IMG/VR virus record: IMGVR_UViG_3300037247_000961
Location: 30,431 to 94,430 of that record
Direction: 5' to 3' (one strand)
DNA: 64,000 nucleotides
DNA from: a virus
Shown here: positions 39,901-48,905 of the stretch, one piece after another
Layout: each line of letters opens with the position of its first letter
Numbering within the stretch: position 1 is the stretch's first letter
Position numbers and translations under genes: made by a program
The notes under the pieces: generated by a model
The model's input: the letters and a program-made list of their open reading frames with translations, nothing else
The model's database searches: none
Told to the model about the DNA's origin: nothing

Positions 39901-40590
39901 GTCGCTATCGATGTAAGGAACGTAGATTTTGTTGGCGCTGTCGATGACGCCAAGGGCGACCAATAGAGTTGCAGTATCAACCTCCGCATCGACCTCGACC
40001 GCGCTGGCAATGGTGTCGTCCGAGGCGATGCTTTTCAGGTCAACATCGTCATTCGTCAGGTCGCCGTAAATCCAGGAAATCCGGTCCGAACTGTCCGGCC
40101 CAACAACAGAAACACCAGCATAGTCCGTGCTCGCTGTGCCTGCTGTGGCTTCGCCCTCGTTGATCCAACCCCCGCCCTGCTCGGTGAACACTCGCAGGGT
40201 TTCATCAGTCCCGTCGTTATACGCAGCAGCAAGAACTACATCGCCGTCACTTCGCAACGCAAGACTTACAGCAGGTTCTGCTGGTGCATTCTCAAAATTC
40301 GTATCCCCCGCAACTGCAACTTCCTCGTCTACCGTCGTCCAAGCATCCGTGCCAGGATCGAACACATGGTAGGCCACACGGCCCCCCCGTTGTTGTGTAC
40401 CGATATGAAAATCGCCACCGAATTCGTATGCCCAATAAGAAACAATCTCATTCGCTGTGCCCAAAGTATATCGAGGAGAATTTGCACTATCTTGACTATC
40501 CCAATCCCCATCAGCAGGATCAGCCACAGTAGTCTTAACTACATGAAGCTGTAGGAAATCCGTTGTGGTGAGGACAATATACTTTGCCAT
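36973..40590 (-). CDS. 1205-aa virion-like protein: beta-rich N-terminal half plus 31 tandem 21-aa repeats
   Basis: Repeat consensus xxxGxQTLxDYLQxGxxxxIF/MxP. Confidence 0.8.
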   Translation of the reverse strand: MAKYIVLTTTDFLQLHVVKTTVADPADGDWDSQDSANSPRYTLGTANEIVSYWAYEFGGDFHIGTQQRGGRVAYHVFDPGTDAWTTVDEEVAVAGDTNFENAPAEPAVSLALRSDGDVVLAAAYNDGTDETLRVFTEQGGGWINEGEATAGTASTDYAGVSVVGPDSSDRISWIYGDLTNDDVDLKSIASDDTIASAVEVDAEVDTATLLVALGVIDSANKIYVPYIDSDDRITIASWTSGVSPTVSLDIATATYYFDASDGGPTDTDGVWTDDANAFDGSTSTLATTTTLGGLGSNFLFGEGTTAPASGDSIKSIRARIFGASIGALDIVKGNIFTDGLGEDLNGPSASPDTADWGEYFNFATPSGGWTWAKVQALEVKIYGFGVPLTSAEAARVEIEVTTGTGQQFVFGNGRTAAPFAPFCLALEGTTDVHLLYSAGGAAGVDQDLYHYDDVDGGSGTDNEELDAVTVNRINCRVGTSDLLYVYDDAGTTKYGVIVLGAVPPSGAGAQTLPDYTQAGQGLHPHSADGSQTLGDYLQAGAANQIFIATAIQLLTNYLQAGQAHMHPDIVGAQVLADYLQAGSPVQIFTVTGAQVVADYLQSGAATSLETFTAAGDQTLDDYLQAGVGAHPHSISGVQVLADFLQSGSAVQIFIATGAQSLFDFLQSGNGIMLPSVAGALTLDELQQAGVAVQIFIPDGAQALANYLQTGSVSEIFTVTGDLTLAELQQAGVTVMIPAGTGVQVLADFLQAATASEIFTVDGGQTLEDYLQAGVGLMHPKGTGVLILPDYLQFGDVTHSLAISSVGALTLAELQQAGGAAQIFLPVGAQILLDYLQAGVASEIFTVTGDLTLAELQQAGVTLMLPSSIGGQILADFLQAATAAQIFAVASALTLAELQQAGVGLIHPDGTGTLILPDYLQSGDVTHSQTITLAGAQTLGDYLQSGAVHMVPTAVGAQTLTNFLQTASAAEIFTVAGSQLLLDYLQFGVALMIPSVTGELTLAQITQAATGQIFFIAASVQTLAEFIQAGDVVMIPSGIGAQTIAELLQAASGSEIIIGTGASVLQDIIQNGVGVMAPVGAGASILSNYAQAGMGVEIFIAASSQTLSSLTQSGIGGISFEGISAQTLADFVQNGDGVQVFIGAGVQTLAALAQAGTGVVVLAGPLFVAEFIALLDDPDIGVPSPAGIVLAGISDIIVRAGGDTGI
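37108..39078 (-). repeat. coding tandem repeat, 31 units of 63 bp (three of 69 bp)
   Basis: 657 aa = 28x21 + 3x23; recurring DNA words such as GGCCTGTTGCAATTCGGCCAATGT and CGGTCACTGTGAAGATTTCACT. Confidence 0.85.
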
Positions 40591-41936
40591 CAGATTTCAA
40601 ACGGTCCCGCGAAGAAGTTTTGGGTACCAAGTATTCCGTCAGAAAGTGCGGTGAAGGTTTCGCTGGGTTTTTCGTTGGTCTCAATAGCCCAACCCATAAT
40701 AATATCGGCAGAGCCGTTGACGGTATTGATAGTAGTGGTGAACCCGCCACTATCAAAACTTAAATGGGAGTGGTCTTGCTCCACTGTTGCTGTATCGTCA
40801 TCACGGAAGTCGATAACCCGACTGCGGAACAGATTGGCGGTGTCGGTAGTCACCGTGTTATAGGCATTGTAGAAGGAGTGACAGGTTTCCTCACCGCTGC
40901 CAGCGTTGGAGCTTATCCCCATCGGCCCAGCGGTAGCGTCCGAGGCAATAGTGCCACCAACCGAACGATCACTTATGGTACTCAAGCCCGTAAGTCCTAG
41001 TCCAACATACTGCGGTATGAAGCTCAAACTGAGAGAGGGCGACCAAGTTGCACCGCTCGTTGGTAGTGTTGTGTCGAAGACTGCCGCGCTTCGGTCACTC
41101 AAGTCTAAGGCGAGAGAATAGACCTCCATCCCCGCACCAGCACCATTGTCGCGCGTAGTGACTTCCCAAGTATCTGTTGTGTGTTCTAAATCTGTGACTT
41201 CCAAGCCCCAATCTTCACCACCAGCTTCTGTGATGATATTGAGCACTCGGTCATTGGTAATTTCTGCGTGTGGTGCGCCCTCAGTCGCATTATGATCGCT
41301 CGCCCAGCCAATCGACCGCTGCGAGAACGTCCAGCCGCCCCCATCACTCCCCGTCGCGTGGCAGACTCCGAAGGAGTTGTTGATTCCCGAACTGGCGCTG
41401 TCCTCGCCAGAAATATCCGAGCCGATGAAGAAGATCAGCTTGTCGTTGCCGTCCGTGAAGCCAGAGTGGGAGATGGTGGCCGTGCCATCGGCAGAGGAGT
41501 TGATTGCGGAGCTTTGTAGAGAGACGGCAAGATCGGCCCCGCCAAACATAATGACGGTGGCGAAGGAAACAAAAGTCCCAAGAGAATTAGTTAGCCTTAC
41601 ACCATCTGTTATTGCACTTGCAGTACCCCGTTTTCTTACTGTACCACTTGCAAGAAAGAGATAATAAGAGTAAGTATTTGATTTATAAGCATCACAATCT
41701 ACTTTGCTGGAACTATTATCATCTTGGTGAGCAATACAATAATCACTGGTGAAATCACTAAATCCAATAGATGCTATTGACTCATCAAAAACTGAAGTAT
41801 CATTAGTAATATCAAGTGTAGCAATAATGATGCAGGCTTCCGGCGTTCCAAAGCCCACCTTCGTAAAATCAGCTGTCCCTGTAGAACTTTCTGCTAGTGC
41901 CCTACCAACAACCGCAATCTTGACATCACCCGCCAT
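40590..41936 (-). CDS. acidic Ser/Thr/Gly-rich beta-structured virion-like protein
   Basis: Start MAGDVKIA; composition; 1-nt stop/start overlap with the repeat gene. Confidence 0.7.
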   Translation of the reverse strand: MAGDVKIAVVGRALAESSTGTADFTKVGFGTPEACIIIATLDITNDTSVFDESIASIGFSDFTSDYCIAHQDDNSSSKVDCDAYKSNTYSYYLFLASGTVRKRGTASAITDGVRLTNSLGTFVSFATVIMFGGADLAVSLQSSAINSSADGTATISHSGFTDGNDKLIFFIGSDISGEDSASSGINNSFGVCHATGSDGGGWTFSQRSIGWASDHNATEGAPHAEITNDRVLNIITEAGGEDWGLEVTDLEHTTDTWEVTTRDNGAGAGMEVYSLALDLSDRSAAVFDTTLPTSGATWSPSLSLSFIPQYVGLGLTGLSTISDRSVGGTIASDATAGPMGISSNAGSGEETCHSFYNAYNTVTTDTANLFRSRVIDFRDDDTATVEQDHSHLSFDSGGFTTTINTVNGSADIIMGWAIETNEKPSETFTALSDGILGTQNFFAGPFEI

Positions 41937-42474
41937 GACTGATCTCCTTCGAAGCCTTAGCGTAGGAGGACAGCCCCAACTGCCCGAGGATGCGATCAAC
42001 AATAGCGTCGTGGCCGCTCGGGAGCCTTTCAAACCTCACCGGGCCAGCTTGCAAGTCGTCGATGATTTCTTGGGAGCCACAGGCGCCGACAATCAAGGTA
42101 TCGTCGTCATCGTCCAGCACGACGCAGTGCATTTTACTGTCCTTGACGGCCCGCATGATTGCGGCTTGGCCCTTCTTTGAGAGTGCTGCTTTGGGTGTTA
42201 GAGATTTAGCGACCAGAACATGCCCATACTGACACCACCTACGATCCATCAGCACGCCGCAGCTATCGGGTCGGTCTCGGTTTTCCAGGTCTGAGCCAAT
42301 GCCGCGTATCCAGGAGCAGTTGTATTCCGCACACATCTTTGGCCGATCCGCGTAGATCGTGCAGCGAAAGCCAAGTTTGCAAAGATGCTGGCAAGGAATA
42401 CGCGCAGGCTTGTCGATCTCCTTAACGGAAGGCCAGCGGCAACAAGCCGAGCATGTGCCGCACTTCCGAGGCAT
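41926..42474 (-). CDS. YkgJ-like Cys-cluster (CxxCxxCC) protein
   Basis: CGTCSACC...CQHL....CTIYADRPKMC..YNC.W. Confidence 0.75.
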   Translation of the reverse strand: MPRKCGTCSACCRWPSVKEIDKPARIPCQHLCKLGFRCTIYADRPKMCAEYNCSWIRGIGSDLENRDRPDSCGVLMDRRWCQYGHVLVAKSLTPKAALSKKGQAAIMRAVKDSKMHCVVLDDDDDTLIVGACGSQEIIDDLQAGPVRFERLPSGHDAIVDRILGQLGLSSYAKASKEISHGG

Positions 42475-42698
42475 CAAACATTCTCCTGCCACTCGACACA
42501 GCCAAAATCTTGCTTTGTAAAGAAGCTCCCCTCACCGCTATCTCGCCCGCCAGCACGAGCGCGGATAACAGTCTCCCAGACAGGGACCTCGTTATCAATC
42601 CCTGCCTCGCCAAGTAAGGAACAGTGGCCCCATCCAGGCAAAGACTCGCTGTCTAGGCTGTCCCAGAACTTACATGAATTACAATGTAACTGTCTCAT
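42474..42698 (-). CDS. small Cys-rich protein
   Basis: CNSCKFW...GHC...TKQDFGCVEW; TAATG coupling. Confidence 0.65.
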   Translation of the reverse strand: MRQLHCNSCKFWDSLDSESLPGWGHCSLLGEAGIDNEVPVWETVIRARAGGRDSGEGSFFTKQDFGCVEWQENV

Positions 42699-42859
42699 TA
42701 GCTCGCCGCTTCTGCCAGGCACTCTTGATCTTCGCCGTTAAAATCGGCACCGCCGAACATGATGACAATACACTCCCTTGGTGTGCCAAAGTTCGTCTTG
42801 GTAAAATCCGTAGACAGCCTGACGCCATCGGTAATCTCTGTGGGATGATCTTTTTCCAT
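42698..42859 (-). CDS. 53-aa ORF built from motifs of the 40590-41936 protein (absent from the ORF track)
   Basis: SD GAGGTG; MEKDHPTEITDGVRLSTDFTKTNFGTPRECIVIMFGGADFNGEDQECLAEAAS. Confidence 0.55.
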   Translation of the reverse strand: MEKDHPTEITDGVRLSTDFTKTNFGTPRECIVIMFGGADFNGEDQECLAEAAS

Positions 42860-42901
42860 GGTTCAACTCACCTCTTTGGCGTTCGCTTGTATCATAAGTA
42901 G

Positions 42902-44167
42902 TCACGCAGGAACTCCACCAATACGGTACATGGTGAAGATTATCGACGGCGTTCTCGGGACTGCGGGCGGTATGACCACCGCGTCAGTGTTCTTCAACCC
43001 CATGCCTATAGCAGAGTTACTTACCCTCTGCATCATTCGTATCTTATCCCCGACACCTAGCTGAATAGTGATCGAGAGGATAACAACATCCGTAATATCA
43101 GAATCCTTGATGGTCAACTTGATGTTCGAGTTGGCCTCGTCTGCGAAACCAGAACCCCTGTCTACTTGCAGGAACAGGTCAAAGTCCGTCTTGACCGAAC
43201 CCGAATCCTTCCCTACTTGAGGCTGGGGCGACACAAAGTACACTCCAGCCGTATCAATCGTGATTTCCCCTGGGTTCACCGTTGTCGAGTGAATAAGCCC
43301 GTTGATGGCATCCTGAACATTGTAGGTAATCACCGTTGGGTCCGTGTCCCCCGGAACCTGATCCACTGAACTGCTGAGCTGCGCATAGATCGTCTCGTCT
43401 ACGATAACGGAAGCATGAAGCTCGTTCACCCCCGTCACGTTATTTGCGTCATCAACGATGACACCAGAACCTTGCAAGTTCTTACCGCTAACTCCATTAA
43501 AGCGAGTGATGGTGTTATCCACAGACGAGGCGGGACCGGACGCATCGCCGCCTCCCTGAGCCTGCCACACGACTCCGTTGAAGAACTCGACTTGATCCGT
43601 GTCGATGTTGTAGATCACCATTCTGGCAACAGGCGTCAGAGCGTCTCGCTGGACAGTCGTAAGCTGATTAAGCAGGAGAGCCTTGTCCGTGGCCTTTAAG
43701 TCGATAGAAGCATCTGCCGCTGGGGCCGTCAGCGCACCAACGCTTAATTGCTTCTGAACCGCCACATCTTGGTTGAACGTCCACGCCTTGGTGGTGTTTA
43801 GCCACAGGATGGTCTTATCGCTGCCTGTATCCCCAAAAAGGACTATCCCACCCCCATCGGCTGTAATGTCAGTTGGTGTACCAACGTTATCGAGTACAAG
43901 ATTTTTATTTGAAACATTAAGGGCGCCCTCTACATCAAGTGTCGCCTGGAAGATCGCGTCATTCTCGACGAGCAAGCCGCCACTCAGAATTGTATCACCC
44001 GCAACAAGCAAGTTGCCGAAAACACTTAGTGTCTCGAATTGAGGGCTGTCTATGGTCCTAAGGGCTTGACCAAACTCTACCCCCTTCTCAGTAGAGTCTA
44101 CTTGAACTACTTCTCCGCCATGCCCAGCGTATAGAGCGGCAGGGGTCAAAAACTCAACAGCAGCCAT
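42902..44167 (-). CDS. fibre protein with a C1q/BclA-like C-terminal domain
   Basis: ADGGGI, LTTVQRDAL...IYN.D...FNG..W, GEITIDTAGVY...QLGVGDKI. Confidence 0.65.
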   Translation of the reverse strand: MAAVEFLTPAALYAGHGGEVVQVDSTEKGVEFGQALRTIDSPQFETLSVFGNLLVAGDTILSGGLLVENDAIFQATLDVEGALNVSNKNLVLDNVGTPTDITADGGGIVLFGDTGSDKTILWLNTTKAWTFNQDVAVQKQLSVGALTAPAADASIDLKATDKALLLNQLTTVQRDALTPVARMVIYNIDTDQVEFFNGVVWQAQGGGDASGPASSVDNTITRFNGVSGKNLQGSGVIVDDANNVTGVNELHASVIVDETIYAQLSSSVDQVPGDTDPTVITYNVQDAINGLIHSTTVNPGEITIDTAGVYFVSPQPQVGKDSGSVKTDFDLFLQVDRGSGFADEANSNIKLTIKDSDITDVVILSITIQLGVGDKIRMMQRVSNSAIGMGLKNTDAVVIPPAVPRTPSIIFTMYRIGGVPA

Positions 44168-44207
44168 AATGTTTCTCCTAGTTAACGATGCAAATGCATT
44201 TCTATCC

Positions 44208-44528
44208 CTAACTCGCCGCTTCAGCAAGCCGTGCGTTCACTTCGATATTGGTGGCATAGAACGTCACGTCCCGATCACCAATCAGCATCAGGATATTGTC
44301 CAGCGTCTTCCGGAGCCGCAGCTTCTTGGCGTTGGTGTTGGCCGAATCATAATGCATCTTGAGTACATCTAATTCGGCCTCGTCCTCTGGCTCCAGTTTG
44401 AACTGAGCGATGATCGTGACACGAGAGAATCCCGTCGCGCCATCGGCCCATTCGCTGAGCGCCGCCTGGAATCCATGGGCGTTAATGCGTGGGCTTTCGA
44501 TGCCACGCAGACGATCCAATAGGCTCAT
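44208..44528 (-). CDS. hypothetical protein
   Basis: SD GGAGG; helical. Confidence 0.6.
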   Translation of the reverse strand: MSLLDRLRGIESPRINAHGFQAALSEWADGATGFSRVTIIAQFKLEPEDEAELDVLKMHYDSANTNAKKLRLRKTLDNILMLIGDRDVTFYATNIEVNARLAEAAS

Positions 44529-44544
44529 GCCATTACCTCCGTAT

Positions 44545-45543
44545 TTACGTCGCCGTTGGACCCTGAGGCTGTGTAATGGTCCAGGCAGTGAAGCTCACCG
44601 TTGCACCCGACACAATGGCCACGGTATTGAAGATGAAGTCCGCGGACGCCGTGCCAGCCTCACCATCGATGTGGCTATTGAGAACCGTGTCAGCCACATT
44701 GGACGAGGAGCCTCGGCAGTAAAGGACGGTACCCGTATTGTCGGCCGACGCATCGTCTGTGATCGCAGCGGCAGTGGCCAGGGCACCAGGAGTGTCGTCG
44801 GTGGAGGCACCGAACGCGGTCGTAGAGCAAGTGGCAGAGAACAGAATCGTGCCAACGTCAGCCGCGTCCGGATCGACGGGCTGTGCACCGGTCCATCCCT
44901 GGATGACACCGCCGAGTGACCCTTCATCCATGAGATCCACCGAAGCGTCAATGCCCGCCTGAGCGAAGGCGATAGACACGTTCGTGTTCAACGCGAACAT
45001 TTCGTCAATGCCAAGATGTAGCTGTTCATCCGGCCAGAATGTATCCTCGGGCGGAAGCGGGTCGGCGCCCTTGCCCACCTTGCCACGCTCGCGGACATTG
45101 CCCGCTGCACGTTCCTCTGCCTCGCCCGCGTACAACGGCCACCGGGCATCCTTCATGCCGTGACGCGTCACACGCGTACCGACCTTGGTCTGACCAACGA
45201 CGGAGGTTCCGATCTTGCCGGGAATGTGATTGCCGTCTGGATCGATGGCCAACTTGTCGGCGAGGATCTTTTCGAATGTCTTCTGAGAGCGCGGAATGAA
45301 CCGTTCCATCGCCTCCTTCTCGAACTCGGCTAGGCTATCTGGACCGAGACGTGCCTTGAACTTGGGAAGGAGATACTCGAATTCATCCTTGTAATCGGCC
45401 CGCTCCAGACTCTGCATGGCCCATTCGCGACCATAGATAGCTATTTCAGAATCCTTGTTCGAGAACCTGCTGGGCAGGCCAAAGTGCGAGGCCCAGACCT
45501 TTGCTGCTTCGTCAAGAGTCGCAGTGTCAAGATTACGTGCCAT
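44545..45543 (-). CDS. virion structural protein: charged N-terminal region plus a conserved C-terminal beta domain of about 150 aa
   Basis: C-terminus WTGAQP..PD...GT.L...AFG...AITDD.SAD.TGT...R...DG..GT..AD...NT..IVSG.TV....TIT.P; own leader and SD. Confidence 0.7.
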   Translation of the reverse strand: MARNLDTATLDEAAKVWASHFGLPSRFSNKDSEIAIYGREWAMQSLERADYKDEFEYLLPKFKARLGPDSLAEFEKEAMERFIPRSQKTFEKILADKLAIDPDGNHIPGKIGTSVVGQTKVGTRVTRHGMKDARWPLYAGEAEERAAGNVRERGKVGKGADPLPPEDTFWPDEQLHLGIDEMFALNTNVSIAFAQAGIDASVDLMDEGSLGGVIQGWTGAQPVDPDAADVGTILFSATCSTTAFGASTDDTPGALATAAAITDDASADNTGTVLYCRGSSSNVADTVLNSHIDGEAGTASADFIFNTVAIVSGATVSFTAWTITQPQGPTAT

Positions 45544-45677
45544 GATTTTGTTTCCTTGTTAACGCGGGTTGAGAATCACCGCCCGCGCCATGGCGAGCAA
45601 GAGACGGAAAAAGGGTAAAATTTGCATCTTTTTATGATGGGCACGTTACCACACTTCGGCCCAAAGATGCAAGCGAA

Positions 45678-46982
45678 TTAAGTCAATTCTCGCCAGGACA
45701 TTGAGCCCTCAACATTTGCGGCTGTCACTCCACCAATGGGCCGAACACACAATACAATTGTGTCCAAAGTTCCATCGATGGCAGATCCTAGAACCAGTGC
45801 ACTTGGCATAACGCCACTATCCGATCCTCCATCTTTTCCAGACTCAAGATAGCCCCCAGCAAGTTCATCCCCACCAGTCACTGCATTCGCAGTAACGCCA
45901 AGGGCGGTTTGGACAGCGGAATTAGATAAATCACCGTAGGTAAATGTTCCAGCAACCGTTGGATTAAATAGCAAGATCCATTCAAGAAATTCAGAATTAG
46001 ACTGAGTCTGCATCGCCATTCTGAGCATCTTAATAGTGGTGCCAATGAAATCCGCCTTGAGCCGAATGCCGACAACTGCATAGATGGTATTCTCCACCGC
46101 TGTTACGACCGCTGCCCCAGCCGTAGACTTGTAACGAACGATGCCGATGTCATCTGTTCCTCCCTCAGCGACCACGCTAGCACAGATGACTCGCATCGAG
46201 CAGACACCTGAATCGGCCGTCGTGGTAATTGCATATCTGAGCGGAAGATTTGGGGTACTAGCCCAAGGAATGATACCTGTGTTAGCAACTTCAGTTTTGT
46301 GGACGTAAACAATAGACCCGTCAATCTCGAAACCAAAGCGAACACGTCCAGCAGAGAGCCATTGAAAATCGATGACAAATATTTGCGACTTGGTTATATC
46401 CAGGATCACGCCAGAGGGATTGAATACATCGTCATCACCATCCATGGTGTCTATGTTCCATGCGGCTTGGGCCACAGAGGAATCTACCACGGACCCATTA
46501 TCCTTGGATCTAGTGACGATGTTTATAGTTCCAGCGTTACTTTCGAAGAAGGCCCCATTATCATCATCGAACATGCCAAGTTGTCGCACGCATCCAGTCT
46601 TTATTCCACTGGCAAGTTCAAGGACAGTAGACATAAGAATCAATTGAGATTTACCCGGCTGGTAATTGAACCTGCGAAAAGTTTGCCTTATTCGAGTTCC
46701 AGCTGTAGCATCCGTGCTTGTCCAATCAATATAAGGCTTGTCCACGGTCGGTCCTGCAACCGCCATTGTGCCTGTTAGCACTTCGTCCCAGAATAAAGGC
46801 TGGTTGCTCCCGTGGAGTAGTTTACTGTCAAATTCGGTAAAGGGTTGCGAGACCCGAAATCTTCCAAAGGCATCAACTGACGGCCCATCATCGGAACTGA
46901 CTAGGACTCTTTGAAGCTTTTTGCCTCCATCATCTCTGGAGGCATAAACTTCACCGGTACCATATGCGGGTCCAATAGACAT
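45678..46982 (-). CDS. virion-like lectin-fold protein
   Basis: VDAFGRFRVSQP...FD, RQT...YQPGKS, IDFQWL..GRVRFG, W.E end. Confidence 0.7.
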   Translation of the reverse strand: MSIGPAYGTGEVYASRDDGGKKLQRVLVSSDDGPSVDAFGRFRVSQPFTEFDSKLLHGSNQPLFWDEVLTGTMAVAGPTVDKPYIDWTSTDATAGTRIRQTFRRFNYQPGKSQLILMSTVLELASGIKTGCVRQLGMFDDDNGAFFESNAGTINIVTRSKDNGSVVDSSVAQAAWNIDTMDGDDDVFNPSGVILDITKSQIFVIDFQWLSAGRVRFGFEIDGSIVYVHKTEVANTGIIPWASTPNLPLRYAITTTADSGVCSMRVICASVVAEGGTDDIGIVRYKSTAGAAVVTAVENTIYAVVGIRLKADFIGTTIKMLRMAMQTQSNSEFLEWILLFNPTVAGTFTYGDLSNSAVQTALGVTANAVTGGDELAGGYLESGKDGGSDSGVMPSALVLGSAIDGTLDTIVLCVRPIGGVTAANVEGSMSWRELT

Positions 46983-46983
46983 A

Positions 46984-47352
46984 TTATGTTTCGTTACACG
47001 TCACAACTAATTTATAGTAAACTGTTCCTGTGACGCCTGCGGGCGTCGCTCTTACGGATTGAGTGTTGGCTGCCCAAGTGACGGTCGACGGAGCACTCGC
47101 TGTTATTAGATTGTTAAGCGGCGGCTCAAAGACCGGAGCGGTGTTGACCGTTTGGATCTCGATCAGTACTGTGCCGGCTGAAGGGACAACAGGAATAGTG
47201 CCGGCTGCGTCACTGAAGAATTGCACTCCAGCAAAGCAATGCGGCTTAGTGATATCGAGTTCGCCCAGGGTAATGATTGACCCAACTGCAAACACCGCGC
47301 TCTCAATGAACGCAACCGTCTTATTTGCACCACGACGTGCTCCACCTGCCAT
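46984..47352 (-). CDS. small beta-rich virion-like protein
   Basis: Packing and composition. Confidence 0.6.
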   Translation of the reverse strand: MAGGARRGANKTVAFIESAVFAVGSIITLGELDITKPHCFAGVQFFSDAAGTIPVVPSAGTVLIEIQTVNTAPVFEPPLNNLITASAPSTVTWAANTQSVRATPAGVTGTVYYKLVVTCNET

Positions 47353-48002
47353 TACACAAAGTGCCTTGGCACCTGTCCCACATAAATGGATAACGGTTCG
47401 ATCACCGTGAATCCATCCGGGGCGATCTGAGATCCTGCTGGTACATCCACGACCACTGTACCCTGTACGGCAGCCGCGAAACTGCCATTGCTATCCTCCG
47501 CCCAGGCCTTGGCGGCACCGAAGGTATCGGAGGATGCCACAGCCCGCGCAAGTTCTTGGCCGTTGCCCCACATACGCACGCGACCATCTCCGGGCCGTAT
47601 GGCAACGACCAAATCCATCAACAGCCCAACAGGCAACTCGACGGTATTGTCAAAGAGTGCTGTGGCCCCGTTAACCGTTCCATCTTCACCGGCATGGAAG
47701 CCAATAGTCTGATCACCGACCCACAAGGCGGCACCGATATCAGCACCGCTAAACTCAAACACCAGGCCTTTATGGACCCCGGCATTGGCTGTAATCTCAA
47801 TGGCTGTACGGAATGTGATCGGAGACGTCCGTGAAGGGAAGATGGCACCTGTATCAATGTCCGCGACGGCCATAACGGTGCCACCGAAGATTTGATGCGT
47901 GCGGAACATCTCCGGGATACCAGCCAAAGACTGGCGCCGCCGGACGGCATGGTGGAAAACGACCCGACCTAAACCGTCATCCTGATGCTGTGCAAGGTGC
48001 AT
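47352..48002 (-). CDS. virion-like protein
   Basis: Beta-rich; follows the conserved head-region gene. Confidence 0.6.
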   Translation of the reverse strand: MHLAQHQDDGLGRVVFHHAVRRRQSLAGIPEMFRTHQIFGGTVMAVADIDTGAIFPSRTSPITFRTAIEITANAGVHKGLVFEFSGADIGAALWVGDQTIGFHAGEDGTVNGATALFDNTVELPVGLLMDLVVAIRPGDGRVRMWGNGQELARAVASSDTFGAAKAWAEDSNGSFAAAVQGTVVVDVPAGSQIAPDGFTVIEPLSIYVGQVPRHFV

Positions 48003-48011
48003 GATGCACGC

Positions 48012-48794
48012 TTACCCCCGATGCTGGGGCCTCTGAGTACCACGCGGAGGCTTGCGGCCTAGGAAGGCTTTATCGATAGGCGAACGCACCTCCAGCATCT
48101 TTGCAACGTCACTGGGTTTAGCGCCGGAATTACCCATGAACTTACTGGCGCGCATGGCACGGTTATAACGCAGCTTATTCTGCATCGCGATATAGTCCCG
48201 AATGCCAGCCGTGGCAGCATGAGGATTGGCAACGGTAAGGGCGTCGATCTTTGAGCATATCTCGTTGACCTTATCGCTGGAAATCTTCATCGCCTTGTCC
48301 GCGGCCTCTTTCACGCGGTCAGCATCGAGCATGGCTTCTTCATGAACCGCAAGTGAAGCCTGAAGGGCCTGCATCTCGGTCAATACCGGCGCTACGGCCT
48401 TTTCCGGGGCCTGTGTGGCGATCTCGGGAGCGACTGGTGTCACCGTAACCGTTTCACCTTGAGTCGCCTCCATGGCCACGACATCCGGTTCTACGGCATC
48501 GACCATCACATCGAATTCGCCGCCGGCCTGGACGTCTATTACCGCCTCGGAGGCTTCGGGGGCTTGTTCGGACTCGGAAAGTGCTTCGACATCATTGTCC
48601 TCCGTTGAATCGATGGCCTTGTACTCTTGGACCGATGCACGTGAGAAATCGGGCGCGGCATTGGTGACCTGTGTCCGGGACAAATCCGGCATCTGGGTCA
48701 ATTTCTGCAACACGTCCATACGAGGCATGCCATCGCCGGTCCAATGACTGTCATTGGCAGGGTCCAGCTTTGCCAGGGCTTCTTTGATATTCAT
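48012..48794 (-). CDS. conserved head-region protein
   Basis: IKEALAKLDPANDSHWT.DG.P...R..VTNAAP.FSR N-terminus; RSPID.A..RK C-terminus. Confidence 0.7.
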   Translation of the reverse strand: MNIKEALAKLDPANDSHWTGDGMPRMDVLQKLTQMPDLSRTQVTNAAPDFSRASVQEYKAIDSTEDNDVEALSESEQAPEASEAVIDVQAGGEFDVMVDAVEPDVVAMEATQGETVTVTPVAPEIATQAPEKAVAPVLTEMQALQASLAVHEEAMLDADRVKEAADKAMKISSDKVNEICSKIDALTVANPHAATAGIRDYIAMQNKLRYNRAMRASKFMGNSGAKPSDVAKMLEVRSPIDKAFLGRKPPRGTQRPQHRG

Positions 48795-48905
48795 TTACCG
48801 CTCCTCGGTTTATAGAAAAGGGGTTGCGCCCTACATAGGCTGTGGCCAATCAGGAATAGCCAGCCACCACAACCCTCAAATAACGTCGCGATCCGCGCCG
48901 CCTCC

